From IMG/VR virus record IMGVR_UViG_3300023184_000036: DNA of 64,000 nucleotides. One strand, 5' to 3'. The stretch is from a virus. Shown here piece by piece: positions 57,301-64,000 of the stretch (the stretch's first letter is position 1; each line of letters begins with the position of its first letter). The position numbers and the translations under genes are program-made. The notes beneath the pieces are model-generated. The model did not search any database. It had not been told where the DNA came from and worked only from the letters and a program-made list of their open reading frames with translations.

Positions 57301-57785
57301 CCACTTGTAGCTGTAATATCAGTATAAGCCTGCACGCTTGATTGAGTATAATACGCAAATGGGCGATTATTTATAAGAGAAAGTGATTCCCACTTGGTTG
57401 ACTGTGCACCATATTCAAAGTCAGTATCAATAAGTGCTTGTGGCGATGATGTTCTAAACTTATTAACAGGGTCAGTTAGTGTTTCACTCGGAGTAAATGA
57501 TTGGTCAAATGTATCGGTAATAATCTGCAATTTATCAGATGAACTCATGGCAACTGTGTTGTAGTTAAGAACAATAGTTGTATAGTTATTTTGACCTGTG
57601 CTGTCAGAAGTAATTGTATAACTTGTAGCTGTAAGACTATTATCGCTAAAATTGTAAATTACAGTGTTTGTTGTGACGTTTGTAATCAATATCATACGTT
57701 CACGTGGAATAACTTTGTTAATCACAATTGTGCGTGTAGTTGGATTAAATGTATAATATTGGTCTAAAATAACGTTTCTTGACAT
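54378..57785 (-). CDS. Baseplate wedge-like virion structural protein
   Basis: DPVNKFRTSSPQALIDTDFEYG, RQTRRYFRYQSGKG, MFYMDYSWYGAG, SHWGTSVIMDG. Confidence 0.78.
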   Translation of the reverse strand: MSRNVILDQYYTFNPTTRTIVINKVIPRERMILITNVTTNTVIYNFSDNSLTATSYTITSDSTGQNNYTTIVLNYNTVAMSSSDKLQIITDTFDQSFTPSETLTDPVNKFRTSSPQALIDTDFEYGAQSTKWESLSLINNRPFAYYTQSSVQAYTDITATSGSITYTVATTTPPALGSVVFIQDTIFTGADGLYVVNSVSAGTNFTYTGKYTYTGSTGSINNAGVTAIYNGKQFANAQIQLSNINQVSSNLLVVTTAVPHGLSLGNEIAITGANATTPPNGSWSVVGVPNATAFTTYVASAPGSFINTSNTLVINTTANSATATCSATANAFIGQYIQPANGIPFGTYITATSTNTSITLSNPANATVSSATVTATANMFVRPPGLTVHRAFDGGVQFSTNAQSHNQQYVRQTRRYFRYQSGKGIQMSTGTIMKPNFNVDSLTASALTAGSTATVVTKQAHNVNPGVSITISGANETGYNGTFTVAAVKDAYTFTYTLSAAVTATTASGPVVVSVVGWYNAAVRTGMFDSQNGIFFEFDGQTLYAVRRSSTQQISGFVSVNAGSSTVTGQTVNGVSTIFSKQLQPNDFIVIKGMSYRIVNIASDTSMTISPAYRGVANLTNAIVSKTIDLRIPQSLWNIDRCDGTGPSGFNMNLAKMQMFYMDYSWYGAGFIRWGFRGADGNVIYCHKLANNNYNNEAYMRSGNLPGRYETNTFSKYGILTQSAAGGDNVIYVSDWSGWPTSGTAVIRNATQQEYINYTGVSQAATLTGTLTYGSSTIGMTSTSGVSTGQYVIGTGIPSGAYVISIATNSSVVLSVAVTATGSQTLYFGPSLTGVTRAQAGGALTFTLSTTSNVITGASTSGVQIGQYVVGVGIPQGTYVVSFVANTSVTLSQYPVSSGSQTVTFSPMGMSSGQTWTYSATAPIAVESHSPAFAPTISHWGTSVIMDGRFDDDKSFVFIQGMNTNISVNSGARNAIMSFRLSPSVSNGITGNQLGQREIVNRMQMVLRQMDLFSNGSFLIQLFLNGTTAYTSDSWTSVGGSSFAQYIIHFGGTTISGGEPIFGFYTNFATSAAAATQQDLNLVRDMGTSILSGGVSTGAIQVYPDGPDVVTIVATNIGASTGTIQARLSWTEAQA

Positions 57786-57821
57786 AAGAAGTCCCTGTTG
57801 TTACGATTACAGATATTTATA

Positions 57822-59966
57822 TTAATCTGCGCCTAGCAATATATCAACTGGTTTAAATGGATATATTTTTGGAGGTTGGCTGTAACTTCCAGTAACTGTT
57901 CTAACCAAAACTTGGCTGGCTATTTGTAATGAATCTGCAAACTTAATAAGTGGACCAGATAACACTGTTCCATTTGGATAATAATAATTTATAACCGTAT
58001 ATCCTTTATTACCAGTAAGGACAAAACTTTGCCATAAACTTTCAATATTGTAAGCCCATGCAGGTTGTAATTGTCCATTAACTGTTACTGTTAATTGCCA
58101 TGGACTTAATATAGTAACATTGGCTTTATTATAAGTTAATGCGAAAGTATTAGTTGTACCATCAACATAATTACTTAAATCATCTAAATCATATATGGAA
58201 CTTATAATTGGTGTTCCATTTGAATAATAATGACTATTACTGTAAAGTGCGGTTGCATTTATGTTACCGCCAACGCCAATACCACCACTTACTACTAATG
58301 CACCAGTTGTTGAAGAAGTAGATGTTGTTGCACTATTAGATACAAGATTGCCACTTGTTTTGTTATATTGCAGATAAGTTGCGCCAGCAAAATTTGTTCC
58401 ATCGTTAAATTGAATAAATGTGTTGCTACCACCAGCAGGCGTAGTTATAGTACTACCATTACTATAAAGATAGTAATTACTGTAAAATGCATTAGCATTT
58501 ACTGTAACAGCAGATAAAGTCCCTTGGGTAATTGTAGTAGTGCTTGGTGTTATGATATTACCATTTTCATATATGCGCATGGCTTCAACAAGTGAAGAAC
58601 CATTATAAGTGCTAAACACCATTTGACCAACGTTGGTTGCTGTTGCACTATTTGTTACACTTATACGTGCACTATTGACAAGTGTATTTCCACCAGGCAC
58701 TTTGTCAACAAAGTCAATCTTACTTTGGATACCACTGCCGCTACCGCTGCTTCCTTGAATTTCAAGAGCACCAACACCAGTAACTTGGCTACCAGTATCA
58801 CCAAGACGTGCGCCCATAATAGTTAGATAAGCACGACTACCAGCAATTAAACCGATGTTTTGGACACCAGTTAGTGTAGTAGTTGAACCAATTAATATAT
58901 TAGCAGCATAAATGTTACCACCAACACCCAAGCCACCAGCAAGAACTAGCGCACCTGTGCTAGTTGAAGTGCTTTGTGTTGTGCTGTTAGATACAAGATT
59001 ACCACTTGTTTTATTATACTGAATATATGTTGCACCACCTAATGAACCAGCATCACTAAATTGAACCATGGTATTACTACCACCAGCAGATGCAGTAACA
59101 GCAACCCAACTTAATCCACCGTTGCCATCTGTGCGTAAAACATAACCAGCGGTTCCGCCAGTAACATTTAAACTGTTAACATCTATGTTTAAATTACCAG
59201 TTACTGTAAGCGTATTAGCAACAGTTAAATTACCATAACTGCTTGGATTACTGCTTAAGTCTAACCAATATCTGTTATTGTTAGCATCTTGAATGTATTC
59301 ATAAAGAATATCTGTATTACCCTGATACCAAGTATCACCTAAATTAGGTGAAGTAGGAGCAGTATTACCAGTTCTAAAACGTGGAAGTGCGGTAGAACCC
59401 ATATAAATGTTTCCACCAGCACCTATGTTTATATTACCACTATTTGTTACATCAATATTACCAGTAACTGTTAAGCTATTAGCATATTCAGTAAGAGATA
59501 TTGTTTCATATGATTTTGTAATAATATTACCAGTAACAGTTAAGCTACCAGCAATATTAACATTGCCTGGAAAAGATGTAACATTACCGTTAACACTATA
59601 AAGATTACTAAAATTAATAGCAGTTGTATTAATTGTAACGTTAGAACCGCCACCATTAATAAAATAAAAAGCATTACCGTTTATTGAACCTGCTTCAACA
59701 AACACCATTGCACCAGGACTAATTTCACGCCAATCGTTAAAATCACTACTGCGTGTCCAACTACCGTTAGCACCTGTGCCTAATGTAGTTACACGATAGA
59801 TACCATTAAGATAAGTTGGGGATTGATCTTTGACAAGAACACGGTCATTTGCTGATAAACTTACGCCATCAATAGTATTTGGAGCTGCTGCAAGATTGAT
59901 ATTTGCGCCAGTAGAAGCTGCTTTTACACTATCTTTATAATCGTTAACAAGACGAGTTAATGCCAT
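57822..59966 (-). CDS. Tail fibre-like protein with internal ~60 aa duplication
   Basis: VKAAST..NINL..DRVLVKDQ..NGIY; two AGGSNT.VQF...TGALV..GG.GVGGN repeats. Confidence 0.8.
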   Translation of the reverse strand: MALTRLVNDYKDSVKAASTGANINLAAAPNTIDGVSLSANDRVLVKDQSPTYLNGIYRVTTLGTGANGSWTRSSDFNDWREISPGAMVFVEAGSINGNAFYFINGGGSNVTINTTAINFSNLYSVNGNVTSFPGNVNIAGSLTVTGNIITKSYETISLTEYANSLTVTGNIDVTNSGNINIGAGGNIYMGSTALPRFRTGNTAPTSPNLGDTWYQGNTDILYEYIQDANNNRYWLDLSSNPSSYGNLTVANTLTVTGNLNIDVNSLNVTGGTAGYVLRTDGNGGLSWVAVTASAGGSNTMVQFSDAGSLGGATYIQYNKTSGNLVSNSTTQSTSTSTGALVLAGGLGVGGNIYAANILIGSTTTLTGVQNIGLIAGSRAYLTIMGARLGDTGSQVTGVGALEIQGSSGSGSGIQSKIDFVDKVPGGNTLVNSARISVTNSATATNVGQMVFSTYNGSSLVEAMRIYENGNIITPSTTTITQGTLSAVTVNANAFYSNYYLYSNGSTITTPAGGSNTFIQFNDGTNFAGATYLQYNKTSGNLVSNSATTSTSSTTGALVVSGGIGVGGNINATALYSNSHYYSNGTPIISSIYDLDDLSNYVDGTTNTFALTYNKANVTILSPWQLTVTVNGQLQPAWAYNIESLWQSFVLTGNKGYTVINYYYPNGTVLSGPLIKFADSLQIASQVLVRTVTGSYSQPPKIYPFKPVDILLGAD

Positions 59967-59995
59967 TTTTATTCTCTAATATAGTATTTACCCTA

Positions 59996-61315
59996 TTAGA
60001 GACGACCAACAACAACCTCTATAACGCCTGTTCCGTCACCAAAATTCTCTAATGCTTTACCGATAACACTGCCCATTTTTGGATTGCGTTCCATACGTGC
60101 AGTTCCATCACCATTACTAACTACCATAGCACCTTTTTCTATTGGACCTGTAACTTTACATGGGACACGACCTTGTAGTGCAACAGCAACAAAGTTTTCT
60201 TCTAAGCTACCATTCATAAGATAAGCAGGATTAGTTGATACTACACCAGCAACATATTGACTAGCATTGATATTACTGAGAGTTACTTCTGCGGTTCCAC
60301 CAAAGTCAACTACTGTGCCTGGTTCATAATCTACATCACTTGTATAACGTTCGGCCAAGTCAGCGTATTTTGCTGTGGTTGAGGTTCCAAGGAAGTTTAC
60401 TGCATATACGTTATTCCAATATAAACTAGTTGTGCCAAGATTTACAGATGCGTTAGCACTTGGTGATACAGCACCACTAAATGTTCCAGTAGTTGCTGTA
60501 ACAGGACCACTACTATAAACATTACCAACAAATATTGTGTTAAAGTAATTGCTTGGACCACCAAGGTTTAGTGTATTGTTTGTTGTTGGAAGTATATTTT
60601 GATTACTACGCCAAGCACTAGCAGCATTGTTATAAGTCCAAGTTACAACACTATTATTTCCAAGTAGGATACCAGCACCATCAACACCACTTGTTGTATT
60701 TTGGTTGTTTGCTAATACAAGATTTTTATTATCTGTAACAATGTTACTTGAACCACTTGTTGTAATAGCTCCAGTAACTTGTAAGTTACCACTAACAATA
60801 AGACTGTTTACAATGTTAACGTTACCAGTTGTATCAATATAAGCACGAGTAGTATCATTCTGTTTTAAGTTAAACTGACTGTTTGTTACAGAACCAACGT
60901 GGAAACTTGTTGCATCAGTAATTGCCATACCAACGGCACTACCAGTATTGTTACGAACAAAAAGATTTCCTGCGCCGCCAGCTTGTAATGATGTGTTACC
61001 AGTAATAAAAACACTACCATTTGCAGCAATAAATGCTGGTGTTTGACCTGCCATTTTAAAGTTAAGCTGTGTTGCACTTAAACTACCAAAGTGTGTATAA
61101 CTATTATCTGCAACAATATATGCACTAACACTACCTGTGTAGTTATTGGCATAAATTGTTCCAAAACCATTACTACCAGCAGGTGCATTAACTGCAAATC
61201 CAGATGAACCAGTTGTTATAAGTGAACCACCAATGGTAAGATTACCACTTACGGCATCAATGCTTGTTGGTCCTACTGTAAGACCATTGTGTACTATAAA
61301 ATTACTATTAGCCAT
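59996..61315 (-). CDS. Tail fibre protein with C-terminal chaperone-like (ADLAE) domain
   Basis: AKYADLAERY...GVVSTNPAYLMN...GRVPCKV...IGKALE. Confidence 0.8.
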   Translation of the reverse strand: MANSNFIVHNGLTVGPTSIDAVSGNLTIGGSLITTGSSGFAVNAPAGSNGFGTIYANNYTGSVSAYIVADNSYTHFGSLSATQLNFKMAGQTPAFIAANGSVFITGNTSLQAGGAGNLFVRNNTGSAVGMAITDATSFHVGSVTNSQFNLKQNDTTRAYIDTTGNVNIVNSLIVSGNLQVTGAITTSGSSNIVTDNKNLVLANNQNTTSGVDGAGILLGNNSVVTWTYNNAASAWRSNQNILPTTNNTLNLGGPSNYFNTIFVGNVYSSGPVTATTGTFSGAVSPSANASVNLGTTSLYWNNVYAVNFLGTSTTAKYADLAERYTSDVDYEPGTVVDFGGTAEVTLSNINASQYVAGVVSTNPAYLMNGSLEENFVAVALQGRVPCKVTGPIEKGAMVVSNGDGTARMERNPKMGSVIGKALENFGDGTGVIEVVVGRL

Positions 61316-61339
61316 AGTTCCATATCTCCCTGTTGGCTA

Positions 61340-64000
61340 TTATTTTGGTATATAGATTTCTTGAACTTTTGCAAAACTAGTTACACTAGCATTTGCATAA
61401 AGTCTTGCGGTTGTTCCACTCACGTTAGCATAGAAGTTGCTTATGGATGTTCCATTGGCCGCAACAACACCATATGTTTGAACTGTTGCATTACTGACCC
61501 CAGTTACAAGTATAACTTCACTCATTTGGAAATTATTGTTTGTATAATCTGATACACTGATAACATATTTTGCACCACGGAATACATTCATATCAAAACT
61601 ATCAATAATAGTTGGAACATTAGGACTTAAACTTACATTTGGACTTAAAGTGCTTATACTACCAGTACCAAAGAAATTACCAGCACTATTAGCTACAAAT
61701 TGTGTAGTGTTCACAGCGGTAATAAATGAACCATTTGCGTTTGCAACAAAGGTATTACCGCCAGTAGCATCAGTTATGCTTGTAACAGTTCCTGTTGTAG
61801 TAAGAGCACGTGCGTCAATTATATCAGTGCTTAATGGTGCTTCTGTAAATGTAAGAGTCGTGCCACTTACACTATAGGCAGTAGTTGGAAGCTGTATAAC
61901 ACCATTAATTGAAACCAAAGTGCCTGCGGTAGTAGTGCTTTGACTTAATGTAAAGTTAGTTTGACTGCCATCACCAACAAACTGATCTGCTGTAATAATA
62001 GTAAACGCAGTCCCAGTTCCACTCCAAGTTGTTCCAGTATAAAATTCCAATTGACTGCTGTTGGTATTAAAACGTATCATACCTTGTTGTGCATTACTTG
62101 GACGATTTGCCTGTGCACCAGTTGGAATAATCATAGAATCTGTGCCATTAATTTGCAGAGATGTGTTACCAACTATTTGGCTTGGTGCTACTTTAATACC
62201 AACTTGACCAGTTGCACCATTAGTTGTGAGTAGATTTTGGTAACCAGCAGCACTATTACCGTGAACAACAAGGTTTGCAACAATTTGATTTGCATTAACT
62301 GTAACGTTTGTGTTTAATTGTGGGTATAAATTAATATTACCAGCATTTGCGTATGGGTAAATGTTACTTGTATAACTTGTTGGAACATTTTTCGTTACAG
62401 CACCATTTATATTACCACCAATATTCAAGTCACCAGTAACACCAGCGCCGCCTTGAACAATTAACGCACCACTTGTTGTTCCAGTTGATGCTGTTCCACT
62501 ATTTGCAATTAAATAGCCAACTGTTGCCGCATTGCTAACATTAATATTTTGTGCAGTAACATTCCCTGTAAGAGTTTGACTTGCACCAGTAAACACAGCA
62601 CCAGTATTACCAATTGTTCCAGCATTTACCGTAGGTGCACTTACAGTGCCTTGTGCAGTTATTGTGCTTGTAGTAGATAAAGTAGCACCAGTAAACACAG
62701 CACCAGTATTGCCAATTGTTCCAGCATTTACCGTAGGTGCGCTGATAGTTCCTTGTGAAGTAATAGTGCCTGTAGTTGTAATTGTAGTAAATGCACCAGT
62801 ATTTGCAGTATTAGCACCAATTGCACCAGTATGATAACCAATTACTTGACCAGCACCAGTGATTGTTCCTTGTGAAACTATTGTGCTGCTTGTTGTAAGA
62901 GTCGTAAATGCACCAGTAGATGCCGTTCCATTACCAATTGGAGTATTTTGAATTGCACCAGCATAAATGTTACCCTGTGCACCAATACCACCATATACAA
63001 CAACTGCACCTGTTGTCTTGGATGTAGATGTATTTCCACTCCAAGCAACAACATTACCCAATATTAAAGTATCATATACAATACTTGCATTTGCAAGATC
63101 AATTGTTGAAGTAGGTTCCGTTCCAATATTACTAAACAAATACCATGCATTATCAAGGTGATTTCTTACTAAACCTGTATGTTCATAGGCATTATCAACT
63201 TTATTACTGTAAAAACCTATTTCATAATTGTATGTAGAAAACGCATTTGCAGTCAAGTATAATAATGGTGCATTTGCTATAAGTTGATTAAAACCAGTGC
63301 TAGTGATGTTACCTACAATAAGATTACCTGCGATGTAAGAATCACCACCAGCATAAAAACCTCCAGTAATTTGCAGCGCACCTTGACCACTGCCATAACT
63401 ATTTGCTGTTCCTGTTAGCGTTGCAGTAGACGCAGTAATCGCAGCACCAGTATTACCAATTGTTCCAGCATTTATAGTAGGAGCACTTATAGTGCCTTGT
63501 GCAGTAATAGCACCACTTGTTGTAACTGTTGTGAACGCACCAGTATTAGGTGTGTTGGCACCAATAGCACCCGTTATATAACCAATATGTTGACCGCCAC
63601 CAGTAGAAGTAAAACTATCTGCTTTAAGGTCATTATTAACGGTAGTTGTGCCAGTATCAGCACCAATGCTAACTGTTGTTGCTGCCCCACCAATGTTTAC
63701 AGTTGTAGCGTTTGCATTAAAGATAGATGCAGTGCCAGTAGAACTTGTGTCAATTGTTGGATTTGTACCATTCATCAATACTTGTGTAGTATTAGGTAAA
63801 GTTAATGTTGGATTGTTTATAGTAGCTTGACCAGTTGCAGCACCCATATTGAGTGAAGTAGCCGCACCACCAAAGTTTAATGTGGTCGCAACAGTATTAA
63901 ACAATGATTGAGTAGCGTTGTTACCAAGAATTGTTGGGTTACGCAAATATGCTGTGCCAGTTGTAGCACCAGCAATAAGTGTAGTTGCTGCGCCAGCAAA
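61340..64000 (-). CDS. Long tail fibre-like protein, 5' end outside window
   Basis: Frame open to window edge; G/T/A/N-rich repeats, GMIRFNT..LEFY, FRGAKYVI. Confidence 0.8.
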   Translation of the reverse strand, partial: FAGAATTLIAGATTGTAYLRNPTILGNNATQSLFNTVATTLNFGGAATSLNMGAATGQATINNPTLTLPNTTQVLMNGTNPTIDTSSTGTASIFNANATTVNIGGAATTVSIGADTGTTTVNNDLKADSFTSTGGGQHIGYITGAIGANTPNTGAFTTVTTSGAITAQGTISAPTINAGTIGNTGAAITASTATLTGTANSYGSGQGALQITGGFYAGGDSYIAGNLIVGNITSTGFNQLIANAPLLYLTANAFSTYNYEIGFYSNKVDNAYEHTGLVRNHLDNAWYLFSNIGTEPTSTIDLANASIVYDTLILGNVVAWSGNTSTSKTTGAVVVYGGIGAQGNIYAGAIQNTPIGNGTASTGAFTTLTTSSTIVSQGTITGAGQVIGYHTGAIGANTANTGAFTTITTTGTITSQGTISAPTVNAGTIGNTGAVFTGATLSTTSTITAQGTVSAPTVNAGTIGNTGAVFTGASQTLTGNVTAQNINVSNAATVGYLIANSGTASTGTTSGALIVQGGAGVTGDLNIGGNINGAVTKNVPTSYTSNIYPYANAGNINLYPQLNTNVTVNANQIVANLVVHGNSAAGYQNLLTTNGATGQVGIKVAPSQIVGNTSLQINGTDSMIIPTGAQANRPSNAQQGMIRFNTNSSQLEFYTGTTWSGTGTAFTIITADQFVGDGSQTNFTLSQSTTTAGTLVSINGVIQLPTTAYSVSGTTLTFTEAPLSTDIIDARALTTTGTVTSITDATGGNTFVANANGSFITAVNTTQFVANSAGNFFGTGSISTLSPNVSLSPNVPTIIDSFDMNVFRGAKYVISVSDYTNNNFQMSEVILVTGVSNATVQTYGVVAANGTSISNFYANVSGTTARLYANASVTSFAKVQEIYIPK
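62583..62761. repeat. 102-bp-period tandem repeat in tail fibre (third partial copy 63444-63505)
   Basis: GCACCAGTAAACACAGCACCAGTATT.CCAATTGTTCCAGCATTTACCGTAGGTGC at 62583 and 62685. Confidence 0.85.

Noticed and set aside
1-64000. Genome-wide stop-codon reassignment
   Set aside because: Long genes are intact in the standard code and TAG/TGA terminate genes normally; only one internal TAG was seen.
52480-64000. Diversity-generating retroelement or CRISPR array among the repeats
   Set aside because: No reverse transcriptase, no adenine-specific TR/VR pair and no repeat-spacer periodicity; repeats are in-frame protein repeats.

Overview
64 kb segment of a large AT-rich T4-like myovirus genome, most likely infecting an alphaproteobacterium (a Rhizobiales-type outer-membrane protein and a tRNA-His lacking G-1 point that way). 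Left to right: terminase large subunit (runs off the left edge), HNH, small probable head proteins with T4-like capsid-targeting N-termini, gp4-like head completion nuclease, tail tube and sheath, dNMP kinase and neck gp13. Next is an accessory region with sigma70-type promoters, a QueF-like protein lacking the catalytic Cys, a porin, a glucosaminidase, a frameshifted tail fibre, two DNA methyltransferases and pstS with a Pho box. Then come 19 tRNA genes, a late-expressed cluster with APS kinase, nucleotidyltransferase, two sulfotransferase-like proteins, a methyltransferase, an oxygenase and a solute symporter, then gp14/gp15, NUDIX and tail fibre/baseplate genes. The most striking unannotated element is a complete ribosome-dependent attenuator at 34045-34185, upstream of the tRNA region. 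Its 26-aa leader peptide uses 16 different amino acids and it has mutually exclusive 1:2, 2:3 and 3:4 helices, suggesting a general tRNA-depletion sensor. All calls come from reading the sequence; no searches were run.
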